A stretch of 63,519 nucleotides of DNA, filler included, from Candidatus Desantisbacteria bacterium CG1_02_49_89 (lineage in GTDB: Bacteria > Desantisbacteria > UBA1551): the NCBI GenBank assembly GCA_001871075.1. It is 3 parts of 3 records of this genome, joined end to end, with 100 filler letters (N's around TTAATTAATTAA, not from the genome) between each part and the next. Parts side by side here need not be neighbours in the genome. Positions count along the whole stretch, not along the records: positions 1 to 24,288 come from MNUP01000090.1; 2 more parts are not named here. One strand, written 5' to 3'. Below the pieces are notes generated by a model that was not told where the DNA came from, did no database searches, and saw nothing but the letters and a program-made list of their open reading frames with translations. The position numbers and the translations under genes were made by a program. Below, in pieces: positions 1 to 9,238 of this stretch (position 1 is the stretch's first letter; each line of letters begins with the position of its first letter).

Positions 1-114
1 GATTTTCTGCTCATCTTTTAACACAATAATCTTTTTGTTGGGGATAAGACACACGGTTACTTCTTGCTCCGGAAATCGACCTACCTTCCAGATTCTGCCT
101 TCGAGAGTACCCAC

Positions 115-166
115 CCCCCTCACCCTACCCCTCTCCCTCGAGGGGAGAGGATAAAGGAGAGGGTGA
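115..166. repeat. GC-rich palindromic element CCCTCACCCTACCCCTCTCCC-TCGA-GGGGAGAGG...GAGAGGGTGA
   Basis: Nested inverted repeats in intergenic DNA (CCTCTCCC/GGGAGAGG; TCACCCT/AGGGTGA). Confidence 0.7.
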
Positions 167-326
167 TTATTACCTGATTTTTAAACCAGCCAGCCTAAAT
201 CAATTTCCCCCAGATAGGTATACTTCTGATTGTTCCCCAGGTATACTTTTGATTATTTCCGCACAGGAAAAAAGGAAAAAAAAAGGAAAAAAAAGGAAAA
301 AAGGAATTTTCACGTTTTTCCCTGTA

Positions 327-494
327 GTTCTGATCCCTGCAACCTTAATGATCCCCCCTACTTTCTTTCGAAAGTGACAGGGGGGACCTGCGAGCCAGAA
401 CGTGTTGCCCCCACAGGTTTCTACGAAACCAAAACGCGGGGGTCTACGAGTCAGAACCGAGTGAATGACTCTTCGATCGATGACCCTACGGTCA
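327..494 (-). ncRNA. Candidate structured RNA of unknown family downstream of mltG
   Basis: Four to five stems; several need G-U pairs that work only on the minus strand; GAAA tetraloop; followed by U-rich tract. Confidence 0.4.
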
Positions 495-1481
495 GGTACC
501 CTGGTACTTCAGCTTTGCCCTTTTGTGCGATTCGTAATCCCTGCTGAAATAGTGCGTTCCGTTATTCCTTGAGACGAAATACAGGTAATTTACGTCAGCC
601 GGCCTTATAGCCGCCTCTATCGAAGGGACACCCGGGCTGCATATCGGCCCGGGCGGCAAGCCCGTGCATATATAGGTATTGAACGGGGATTTTACCTTTA
701 GGTCCTCATTGCTCAGCTTACCCCTGAATTTACCAAGCGCGTACATGACCGTAGGGCAGCTTTGCAGCATCATGCCTTTTTTCAGGCGGTTGTAAAAGAC
801 CCTGGTTATGATCGGCCTTTCGGGATTTATAAGGGCCTCTCTTTCAACAAGTGACGCCATAATAAGCACTTTTTCAAGCGTGTAACCTTTTTGTTCTATC
901 TCAGCGGAATATACGTCCACTACCCTTTTCTTGAACTCCCTCAGCATTTCCATTATTATATATTCTTCCGCGTTGGGCACTTTGGCAAACTTGTATGTTT
1001 CCGGGAACAGGTAGCCTTCAAGCTTCGCCGGAAAGCTGAACGTATCCACGGTCAAATTCGCGTTGTTGGCAAGGGCGATGAACTTCCTGAAATCCACCAG
1101 TCCTTCCATGGAAAGCACCAGCGCTATCTCCTCCATGGTATAGCCTTCCGGGACCGTGACAACGTGGATCTTGATGTCGCCGCTTGCGAGTTTCTTCACG
1201 ACGTCAAGAGTGGACGCCCTTGAGCCGAAGCTGTATTCGCCCGCCTTTATGTTCTTAAAAAGCTTGTAGAATTCTCCGAGGAACCGGAAGAGCAGCCTGT
1301 TCCTGATTATGCCTTTTTCCTTCAGGATCAACGCTATCTCGCCGGATTTGGAGCCGGGCGGGACATAAACAGTGCCGACGCTTATCGGTACGGGGAAAAA
1401 AAGCAGGTAGGAATTTACCGCAAAAAAAGCGAGAAGGGCTAAAACCACGATTAATTTTTTTCTGTCCGTACGTTTTCCCAT
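492..1481 (-). CDS. mltG: Endolytic transglycosylase MltG (YceG)
   Basis: N-terminal TM helix; VTVPEG, LEGYLFPETY, ASLVERE, SPFNTY..GLPPGPI motifs. Confidence 0.95.
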   Translation of the reverse strand: MGKRTDRKKLIVVLALLAFFAVNSYLLFFPVPISVGTVYVPPGSKSGEIALILKEKGIIRNRLLFRFLGEFYKLFKNIKAGEYSFGSRASTLDVVKKLASGDIKIHVVTVPEGYTMEEIALVLSMEGLVDFRKFIALANNANLTVDTFSFPAKLEGYLFPETYKFAKVPNAEEYIIMEMLREFKKRVVDVYSAEIEQKGYTLEKVLIMASLVEREALINPERPIITRVFYNRLKKGMMLQSCPTVMYALGKFRGKLSNEDLKVKSPFNTYICTGLPPGPICSPGVPSIEAAIRPADVNYLYFVSRNNGTHYFSRDYESHKRAKLKYQGT

Positions 1482-1487
1482 AACCGC

Positions 1488-2477
1488 CTATTTTATCCTT
1501 ACAATGTCCCTGACGCTGAAATCGCTTCCCTGGACCGCGGATGCTATGGACAGTTTTTCCCTTACTTCCTCTATCCTTATCATCCCTATCCTGTTCTCTT
1601 CGGCGCCAAGCGACATGCCTGTTTCCGGGTCAATGATGTCCTCTCCCGGCCTGTATACCGTGAACTCGTCCCCGGCGCTTATGCCCGTGCTGAGCCCGAC
1701 GTTCAGGTAGATCTTTCCTTCTTTTATGAGCGCTATGCGCGCCTGCCAGGGCATGTTGGCGGATTTTGAAATAATATAATCCACCGCTTCCTGTATGCAT
1801 TCCCTTACCGCTTTTCCTATGGGTGTTTTCTGGAACCCGCCGCCGCCGAATTTGATGCCCCTGAGCCGCGCAGCCATGACAAGACCGCTTTCGGTGACTT
1901 CTTTTTCAAAATTCATGGCTTCTATTACGACCCCTGTTGCCGCGTCTATCAGTTTTATATCGATCGCGACCTTGGCGAATGATGACTGAACACCCATGGC
2001 AAAGGGGCCCAAGTCAAAACCGCCCATGCCGCCGCCTGTCTTTTCCTGAAATTCAGTGACCGCGCCTTTTATAAGGACCTGCGCGCCCACCAGCTCCCCT
2101 ATTTTCGTTGTAGTCTGGTCCGCCACCATGCCTGAAGCGCCCAGCTGCTGTTCCTGCATTACGTCCTGAAGGCTCTGCCTTTCCACCACTATGAATTTCC
2201 CGGACTTGAACAGCGCGGTTGTAAGCATGTCGCTCATCCCGGTCCCGATATTCGCCTGTTCTTCGCGCTGACCCCCAAAAAGCATTTCCAGGAGGCCTGC
2301 CCTTTCCTGGGTCCTGGGGACCTTATCCTCAAAATCCAGGACCGCGATCCTCTTCTTGGGTCCTGTAAGGACCGGGGCCTTTGCGATCTCAGGTTCTTCT
2401 TTCAGGGCCTGCTGCCCGGTTGTTGCGCACCCGCACGCAGCCAGCGCGATCAAAAATATCAGTAACATTTTTTTCAT
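1488..2477 (-). CDS. CsgG/HfaB-family lipoprotein with FlgT-like C-terminal domain
   Basis: Lipobox-like (LAACGC); RIAVLDF, FIVVER..L..V..EQ, GELVGAQ motifs. Confidence 0.8.
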   Translation of the reverse strand: MKKMLLIFLIALAACGCATTGQQALKEEPEIAKAPVLTGPKKRIAVLDFEDKVPRTQERAGLLEMLFGGQREEQANIGTGMSDMLTTALFKSGKFIVVERQSLQDVMQEQQLGASGMVADQTTTKIGELVGAQVLIKGAVTEFQEKTGGGMGGFDLGPFAMGVQSSFAKVAIDIKLIDAATGVVIEAMNFEKEVTESGLVMAARLRGIKFGGGGFQKTPIGKAVRECIQEAVDYIISKSANMPWQARIALIKEGKIYLNVGLSTGISAGDEFTVYRPGEDIIDPETGMSLGAEENRIGMIRIEEVREKLSIASAVQGSDFSVRDIVRIK

Positions 2478-2523
2478 TTCATTCCCCGTCATAACTAGCT
2501 CAATAGTCTAATTGTCCAATAGC

Positions 2524-3927
2524 TCAATAGTAAAGGAAGTTGTCGGTTATTATCTTAACCTTTAACTTTCTACGCGCAAGCCTGATCTGTTCCAGCACCC
2601 GCACCTTTGCCGTGCCGCCTGAGGATTTCCTGCTGCCCACGGCGTTTTCCGGTTTTAAATTGCGGTAAACATCTCCGGAAAATTTTTGGGAAAAAGCCTT
2701 AAGCTCTTTCAGGGTCAGCTCATCAAGCCTTTTGCCATTTTCAAGGCAGCTGTTTACTATTTTGCAGGCCACAGAATATGCCTCGCGGAAAGGCAGTCCT
2801 TCCCTGACAAGGTAATCTGCCAGGTCAGTAGCTGTGGAAAAGCCATCATCTGCGCTCTGCAGCATTTTTTTCCTGTTTATGGTTATGTTTTCCAGCAGGC
2901 AAGAGTAGATCCTGAGGCATTTTTTTACAGTCGTAACAGCGTCAAAAACCGCTTCCTTATCTTCCTGCATGTCGCTGTTATAAGAGAGCGGCAGGCCCTT
3001 CATTGTTACAAGCAGGGAATTCAGGCTGCCGATGACCCTGCCAGTCTTTCCCCTTACGAGCTCGGCAACATCCGGGTTTTTCTTCTGCGGCATTATGCTT
3101 GAACCTGTGCAGAAAGATTCGTCAATATCCACAAACCCGAATTCCGGACTGCTCCACAGCACGAGTTCTTCGCTGAACCTGCTCAGGTGCACCATTATAA
3201 TGGAAAGGCACCCCAGCGTTTCGATCGCGAAATCCCTGTCGCTTACGGCGTCTATGCTGTTCTGAGAGACCTCTGAGAAACCCAGGAGCTTTGCCGTGTA
3301 TTTCCTGTCTATGGGGAACGAAGTTCCTGCCAGAGGCCCTGAACCGAGCGGCATTACGTTTATCCTTTTAAGGCAGTCTGACAGCCTTCCGGCATCCCTG
3401 TCCAGCATCCAGAAATACGCCATAATGTGGTGCGAAAAAAGCACGGGCTGGGCGTGCTGGAGATGCGTGTATCCCGGCATCACCGCGCCGATGTTCTTTT
3501 GAGCTGTCTTTATGATGACTTCCTGAAGGACTTTCAACAGCAATTTAATATCAGCGGCTGCATCCCTCAGGAACATCCGGAGATCGAGGGCTACCTGGTC
3601 GTTCCTGCTCCTTGCGGTGTGCAGTTTCTTGCCTGTCTCCCCTATTTTCCGGATAAGCATCTGTTCCACAGCCATATGTATATCTTCCGAGGTTTCGCTG
3701 AACTTCAGCTTGCCTGTATCTATTTCCCTGCAGATCCGCGCCAGGCACTTTATTATCTTGCCGGATTCTTTCTTTGTGATTATCCCGCATTTGCCCAGCA
3801 TTTTGGCGTGCGCGATGCTTCCGGCTATGTCGTATTTGCACAGTTTTTTGTCGAATGCGAAGGACGAAGTGAAATCCAGCGCGTCCTTGTTCAATTTTTT
3901 CCTGAACCTGCTCCTTAATAAATTCAT
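2524..3927 (-). CDS. argH: Argininosuccinate lyase
   Basis: HTARSRNDQ, MPGYTHLQHAQP, GSSIMPQKKNPD. Confidence 0.98.
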   Translation of the reverse strand: MNLLRSRFRKKLNKDALDFTSSFAFDKKLCKYDIAGSIAHAKMLGKCGIITKKESGKIIKCLARICREIDTGKLKFSETSEDIHMAVEQMLIRKIGETGKKLHTARSRNDQVALDLRMFLRDAAADIKLLLKVLQEVIIKTAQKNIGAVMPGYTHLQHAQPVLFSHHIMAYFWMLDRDAGRLSDCLKRINVMPLGSGPLAGTSFPIDRKYTAKLLGFSEVSQNSIDAVSDRDFAIETLGCLSIIMVHLSRFSEELVLWSSPEFGFVDIDESFCTGSSIMPQKKNPDVAELVRGKTGRVIGSLNSLLVTMKGLPLSYNSDMQEDKEAVFDAVTTVKKCLRIYSCLLENITINRKKMLQSADDGFSTATDLADYLVREGLPFREAYSVACKIVNSCLENGKRLDELTLKELKAFSQKFSGDVYRNLKPENAVGSRKSSGGTAKVRVLEQIRLARRKLKVKIITDNFLYY

Positions 3928-3951
3928 TCCCTCTCCTTAAAAAACTTTGAG

Positions 3952-3983
3952 TTATTGAATTTCGCAAATGCGAAATTCAATAA
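3952..3983. repeat. AT-rich palindrome TTATTGAATTTCGCA-AA-TGCGAAATTCAATAA; relatives at 5808-5870 and about 16001-16040
   Basis: Perfect 15-bp inverted repeat; similar arms recur with longer spacers. Confidence 0.8.
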
Positions 3984-4010
3984 TAGATATCAATAGATTT
4001 TTATGAATTT

Positions 4011-4229
4011 CTATTTTGCTGCTTCAGACGTAACTTCATGTTTTACAGGCAATAGCTCATCTAGGTTTAAATGCTTAGAAGCATCGAGAATCTCGATGCC
4101 CACAATCCTGTTGTCGTCTCCGATATCCAAGACGATATCATCTGAAATGCGTTTATTAACCACCTGTTGTTTTCTGCTGTCTAACCGAAGATAAAGCAAA
4201 TCAGTGTTTGAATTATATTGAATCTGCAT
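4011..4229 (-). CDS. DUF2283 domain protein (putative antitoxin)
   Basis: MQIQYNSNTDLLYLRL...IVLDI...IVGIEILDAS; paired with upstream DUF4258. Confidence 0.85.
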   Translation of the reverse strand: MQIQYNSNTDLLYLRLDSRKQQVVNKRISDDIVLDIGDDNRIVGIEILDASKHLNLDELLPVKHEVTSEAAK

Positions 4230-4494
4230 GTTCCCCCTCCCATTTTCCATAATAAACATAAACTGTAACAGTTATAACAATACCCTTTTCAAAAGTGTAA
4301 AATACCTCTACTCTTTTCTGTTCATAATATTTACCGCATCGATTCTGTTTGAAATCATATATTTTAGCTTTTCCTTTTCTATCATATTTGGCAGAGACGG
4401 AAAATCCAGTGTTAATTACTTCTCTTATTTCTTTTTCGTTTGTTCCTCTTTCTTAGGCACGCTCCAACGTATGCAAATCAATTTGGATTTCCAT
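4213..4494 (-). pseudogene. DUF4258 domain protein (putative toxin) with in-frame TAA at codon 14
   Basis: MEIQIDLHTLERA*ERGTNEKEIREVI...ITVTVYVYYGKW; TAA at 4453-4455; paralogue of 14210-14461. Confidence 0.8.
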
Positions 4495-4570
4495 TCTATC
4501 CCAGCCTTATATTTTTTAGTTGCTTTTGCCTTTTGTCGCCACTTCGGCGACCCGCCGATGAGGCGGGACT

Positions 4571-5767
4571 CTATCGATTCCTTTTTAAAGCTTGAGCCCG
4601 TATCTTATACGGAAGCCCCCACAGTTCTATGAATCCCTTGGCGAGTTTCTGGTCAAACGTTGAGCCCTTGTCATACGTGGCAAGTTTGTAGTTGTAGAGC
4701 GAATACGGCGATTTCCTGCCGGCAACAGCGCAGGTCCCCTTGTAAAGTTTTACCCGCACATCGCCTGTCACGTATTTCTGGGTTTCGTTAACGAACGCGT
4801 CCAGCGCTTTTTTCAAAGGCGTATACCACAGCCCGTAATATACCAGCTCGGAATATTTCTGCGAAACCAGTTCCTTGTAATGCGCTGTTTCCCTGTCCAG
4901 CACAAGGCCTTCCAGCTCTTTATGCGCGGTATTAAGTATCGTTGCAGCGGGTAGTTCGTATATCTCGTGCGATTTTATGCCCACAAGCCTGTTCTCGACC
5001 ATATCAACCCTGCCGACCCCGTGCGCCCCGCCGATCTTCGCGACCTTGCATATCAGGGAAGACGGCTTCATCCGTTTTCCGTCCAGTTTTACCGGGACCC
5101 CCTTTTCAAACGAGATCACCAGGTATGCCGGTTTATTGGGCGCGGCCTGCGGGGATTTTGTTATCTGGTAGGCGTCTTCAGGCGGCTCTTTCCAAGGGTC
5201 TTCCAGAACACCCGCTTCTATGCTTATGCCCCAAAGGTTCCTGTCAATACTGTAAGGGCTTTTTTTAGTCACGTCGACAGGAATGCCGTGCTCTTTGGCG
5301 TATTCGATCTCCTCGTCCCTTGACCCGAGTTCCCACTCCCGTACCGGCGCTATGACTTCCAGGTGCGGGGCAAGCGTTGAAATACCCACCTCGAACCTTA
5401 CCTGGTCGTTGCCCTTGCCTGTGCAGCCGTGCGCAGCGGAGCCGCATTTTTCAATGACCGCCACCCGCGCGAGCTCCCATACTATCAACGGCCTTGAAAG
5501 GGCTGTCGCAAGAAGGTAACCTTTCTCGTAAACGGCGCCGGCTTTAAGGGCCGGGAAAACGAATTCGTTTATAAATTTCTCCTTCAGGTCGGAAACATAT
5601 ACCTTACTCGCGCCTGAGGCGATAGCCCTTTTGTCTATCTTGAGTATGTCCTCTCCCTGCCCGACATCCGCGTAGACGCATATTATACTGGCACCGTATT
5701 TCTCTTTCAGCCACTTTATCGCCACTGAGGTATCAAGCCCCCCGGAATAAGCCAGCGCAATTTTCAT
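4571..5767 (-). CDS. argG: Argininosuccinate synthase
   Basis: LAYSGGLDTS, AHGCTGKGNDQVRF, YSIDRNLWG. Confidence 0.98.
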   Translation of the reverse strand: MKIALAYSGGLDTSVAIKWLKEKYGASIICVYADVGQGEDILKIDKRAIASGASKVYVSDLKEKFINEFVFPALKAGAVYEKGYLLATALSRPLIVWELARVAVIEKCGSAAHGCTGKGNDQVRFEVGISTLAPHLEVIAPVREWELGSRDEEIEYAKEHGIPVDVTKKSPYSIDRNLWGISIEAGVLEDPWKEPPEDAYQITKSPQAAPNKPAYLVISFEKGVPVKLDGKRMKPSSLICKVAKIGGAHGVGRVDMVENRLVGIKSHEIYELPAATILNTAHKELEGLVLDRETAHYKELVSQKYSELVYYGLWYTPLKKALDAFVNETQKYVTGDVRVKLYKGTCAVAGRKSPYSLYNYKLATYDKGSTFDQKLAKGFIELWGLPYKIRAQALKRNR

Positions 5768-5910
5768 TTCGTCTCCTCAATTGATTACACAGATTCAAAC
5801 ATAATTATTATTGAACTTCGCAAAATAGATTTTCAGATGTTTTTGCGAGCGTTTATGCGAAATTCAACAATCGGTGTAATCATCTTTTCGAAAATCTGTG
5901 TAATCATTAT

Positions 5911-6831
5911 TTATTTGGAAAGCCACAGCATAAGGACCGCTTTCTGCGTATGCAGGCGGTTTTCCGCCTGATCCCATACAACCGACTGCTTCCCGTCCAG
6001 GACTTCGGAAGTTATTTCCTGGCCCCTGTGCGCCGGAAGGCAATGCATGATCATACAATCCTGTTTTGCTTTCTTAAGCAGTTTTGCGTTTACCTGGAAC
6101 AGCCTGAATGCCTTTACGCGTGCCGCCTCTTCTTTTTCCTGGCCCATGCTGACCCAGGTGTCGGTATATATGACGTCCGCTTCCCGGACCGCCTTTTCCG
6201 GATCATACTCGATCTTTATGCTTCCGCCGTTCTTTTTTGCTTCTGCAACAGTCTGTTTCAGTATTTTCCCGTCCGGTTCGTATCCTTCCGGCCCGGTAAA
6301 TACCATGTTCATCCCGAATTTTGCCGCCCCCTGCATAAGCGACTGGCAGACATTGTTCCCGTCTCCCACAAAAACCACTTTAAGGCCCTTCGGCTCCATG
6401 CCCCTTTCCTTTATAGTAAAAAGGTCGGAGAGTATCTGGCACGGATGGAATTTCTCTGTAAGCCCGTTTATCACCGGTATTGTCGAATTTTTCGCCAGCC
6501 CCGCAAGGAACCTATGCTCGCCCCTTATCACCATCCCGTCCATGTACCTGGAAAGGACCCTTGCGGTGTCTTCAATGCTTTCGCCCCTGCTGAGCTGCAG
6601 GTCCGCGAGGTTAAGTATTATCGCCTTGCCCCCGAGCTGGAACATGCCTGCGTCGAACGAAACCCTTGTGCGCGTGGAAGGTTTCTGGAATATAAGGCCC
6701 AGGGTTTTCTTCTTGAGAGGTTCGTAGAGCTCACCCCTTTTCTGCTTATCCTTAATATACTGGGTGATGTCAAGGATCTCCTGCATTTCCTCTTTTGTAA
6801 CGTCATCGAACGATATCAAATTTTTCCTCAT
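5911..6831 (-). CDS. argF: Ornithine carbamoyltransferase
   Basis: KPSTRTRVSF, HPCQ, HCLP, QAENR; in arg cluster. Confidence 0.97.
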   Translation of the reverse strand: MRKNLISFDDVTKEEMQEILDITQYIKDKQKRGELYEPLKKKTLGLIFQKPSTRTRVSFDAGMFQLGGKAIILNLADLQLSRGESIEDTARVLSRYMDGMVIRGEHRFLAGLAKNSTIPVINGLTEKFHPCQILSDLFTIKERGMEPKGLKVVFVGDGNNVCQSLMQGAAKFGMNMVFTGPEGYEPDGKILKQTVAEAKKNGGSIKIEYDPEKAVREADVIYTDTWVSMGQEKEEAARVKAFRLFQVNAKLLKKAKQDCMIMHCLPAHRGQEITSEVLDGKQSVVWDQAENRLHTQKAVLMLWLSK

Positions 6832-6967
6832 TGTTTTCTCCGTTAAATTCCGTTCTTCGTTCATCGTGCATCGTTCATCGCTAGAAAAAGTTGTGTGTTG
6901 TGAGTTGTCAGCAATCTAATATAAAAAGCTGTTTTCCTTCACTTGTATCTTGCCCCTGTGCTATATG

Positions 6968-8161
6968 CTATGAGCTATGAGCATTTTTAAGCACACTTTC
7001 AAAGATGCTGACCGCTTTGTCTATCTGTTTTTTGGTAACAATCAGCGGGGGCAGAAAGCGTATGACCTTTTCGGCTGTGCAGTTGGTAAGCAATCCTTTT
7101 TTAAGGCACGCCGCGGCGATCTCTTTTCCCTCTCTTTTCAGCTCCACGCCTATCATCATACCCATTCCCCTTACTTCGGATATGACCGCGTGCTTTTTCT
7201 TCAGCTCATTGAGCTTCTGCAAGAAATATTTTCCGTTTGACAGGGCTTTTGCAAGCAGGCCCTCACTTTTTATCGTGTCAAGGACCGCACAGGAAGCCGC
7301 GCAAACAACAGGGTTGCCGCCGAACGTGGACGCGTGCATGCCGGGCTTGAGAACCCCGGCGTGTTTATTCCTTACGATCATAGCGCCTATCGGAAGCCCC
7401 CCGCCCAGTGCTTTCGCGAGAGTTACCATGTCCGGGACCGCATCCGCGCCGTAGTGCTGGAAAGCGAACATTTTCCCTGTCCTGCCGATCCCGGTCTGGA
7501 CCTCATCGAATATCAGGAGCATTTTCTTTTTATCGCACAGTTCCCTCAGCCCTTTCAGGAATTTTTTCTCCGCGATGTTGACCCCACCTTCTCCCTGGAT
7601 CGGCTCAACCATTATCGCGACTGTCTTTCCGCCTGCCATTTTCTTAACGGCGTTAATGTCGTTGAATGGAACATATTTGAAACCCCGCGCGAGAGGCTGG
7701 AAACCTTTCTGGTATTTTGTCTGCCCGGTGGCGGTTATGGTTGTCACTGTCCTTCCGTGGAAGGATTCTTTCATTGTTATAATGCCGTTCCTTCCGGGAT
7801 TGCCGTATTTCCTCGCGAGTTTTATGGCAGCTTCGTTCGCTTCCGCCCCGCTGTTGCAGAAAAACACCTTTCCGGGGAAAGAGAGCTTTATCAGTTTTTG
7901 AGCGAGCTCTGCCTGCGGCTGCGTGTAATAAAGGTTCGACGTGTGCATAAGTTTCCGCGCCTGCGCGCAGACCGCCTTTACGATTGCGGGATGGCACTGC
8001 CCAAGGTTGTTGACCGCAAGGCCGGAGAAGAAATCAAGGTACTTTCGGCCTCCGGCGTCCCTTACCTCGGCGCCTTTGCCTGACACGAGCGCGACCGGGC
8101 TCCTGCCGTAGGTTTTTAAGATGTATTTATCCGTTAGTTTGATTATCTCTTTTTCATTCAT
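6968..8161 (-). CDS. argD: Acetylornithine aminotransferase
   Basis: NSGAEANEAAIK, FHGRT, DEVQTGIGRTG, AKALGGG, STFGGNP. Confidence 0.95.
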   Translation of the reverse strand: MNEKEIIKLTDKYILKTYGRSPVALVSGKGAEVRDAGGRKYLDFFSGLAVNNLGQCHPAIVKAVCAQARKLMHTSNLYYTQPQAELAQKLIKLSFPGKVFFCNSGAEANEAAIKLARKYGNPGRNGIITMKESFHGRTVTTITATGQTKYQKGFQPLARGFKYVPFNDINAVKKMAGGKTVAIMVEPIQGEGGVNIAEKKFLKGLRELCDKKKMLLIFDEVQTGIGRTGKMFAFQHYGADAVPDMVTLAKALGGGLPIGAMIVRNKHAGVLKPGMHASTFGGNPVVCAASCAVLDTIKSEGLLAKALSNGKYFLQKLNELKKKHAVISEVRGMGMMIGVELKREGKEIAAACLKKGLLTNCTAEKVIRFLPPLIVTKKQIDKAVSIFESVLKNAHSS

Positions 8162-8279
8162 GTTTTTTCCGATTACAGTGATTTAAACTGAGATTACAAT
8201 GATTATTTAAAATAACTGTTTAAGGAATTTATCTTAAGCTATGAGCCATCAGCCATGAGCCATGAGCCATGAGCGGTTT

Positions 8280-9119
8280 TTATGTTATTTGGGTTCCTAT
8301 TCCTTCATCCGTGAATATTTCAAGCAGCAGCGCGTGCGGTATCCTGCCGTCTATTATGTGCACTTTTTTTACGCCCCTGCTAACTGCTTCGAAACACCCC
8401 TTGAGCTTCGGTATCATTCCCTTCCCTGCCGCCGACATAGCTTTCTTCGCGTTCTTTTTGCTGATGCTTGACATCAGCTTCCCTTTTTTATCAAGCACGC
8501 CGCGCACGTCCGTAAGCATAATGAGCTTGTCCGCTTTCAGCGCCACTGCGATCTTTGAGGCGGCTTCGTCCGCGTTGACGTTATACACCTGCCCTTTTCC
8601 GTCAACCCCGACCGGAGCTATGACCGGTATAAAATCCTTGGCAAGCGCGCTGAGGAACCTGCTGTTAACCTTTACAACCTCGCCCACGAACCCTATGTCC
8701 AGCCCGCCGGGCATATATTTCTTCACAAGCAGGAATCCCGCGTCCCTGCCGTTAAGCCCCATCGCTTTGCCGCTGTGCTTGTTTATGTAATCGACGATGT
8801 TCCTGTTTATCTTTTTTACAAGCACCCGCTCCACCACTTCCATGGTCCGCCTGTCTGTCACCCTCAGGCCGTGGATGAAGTTTGTTCCCAGGTTCTGTTT
8901 TTTTAGCACGCGGGTTATTTCGGGCCCGCCCCCGTGCACGAGCACCGGGTTTATGCCCACATATTTCATTAGTATGACGTCCTGCGCCACCTTTTCGGCT
9001 AGGTCCGATTTGTCCATCGCCGCCCCGCCGTATTTGACAACGAACGTGTTTCCCCGGAATTTCCTTATGTAGGGAAGCGCTTCTATCAGTATATTCGCCC
9101 GCTCTATTACCTTCTTCAT
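8280..9119 (-). CDS. argB: Acetylglutamate kinase
   Basis: VVKYGGAAM, VHGGGPEI, YNVNAD, GMIPK. Confidence 0.97.
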   Translation of the reverse strand: MKKVIERANILIEALPYIRKFRGNTFVVKYGGAAMDKSDLAEKVAQDVILMKYVGINPVLVHGGGPEITRVLKKQNLGTNFIHGLRVTDRRTMEVVERVLVKKINRNIVDYINKHSGKAMGLNGRDAGFLLVKKYMPGGLDIGFVGEVVKVNSRFLSALAKDFIPVIAPVGVDGKGQVYNVNADEAASKIAVALKADKLIMLTDVRGVLDKKGKLMSSISKKNAKKAMSAAGKGMIPKLKGCFEAVSRGVKKVHIIDGRIPHALLLEIFTDEGIGTQIT

Positions 9120-9137
9120 TTTGACTCCGTCAAAATA

Positions 9138-9234
9138 AATTATGAATTATGAATGATAAGTTATGAGTCAAAAACAAGGTTTTTAATTTAAATATAATTC
9201 CATGCAGTTGATTCATAATTCATAACTCATAATT
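9138..9234. repeat. Inverted heptamer arrays (TTATGAA/G)n ... (TCATAAT/C)n
   Basis: Same family at 16402-16432, 20547-20577 and 40950-41000. Confidence 0.9.
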
Positions 9235-9238
9235 GGTT

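Noticed and set aside
1-14. Possible minus-strand gene start (MSRK...) at the window edge
   Set aside because: Too short to identify.
230-547. 105-aa plus-strand ORF with KKEKKRKKK tract
   Set aside because: Translation of an A-rich tandem repeat and the candidate RNA; overlaps mltG antisense.
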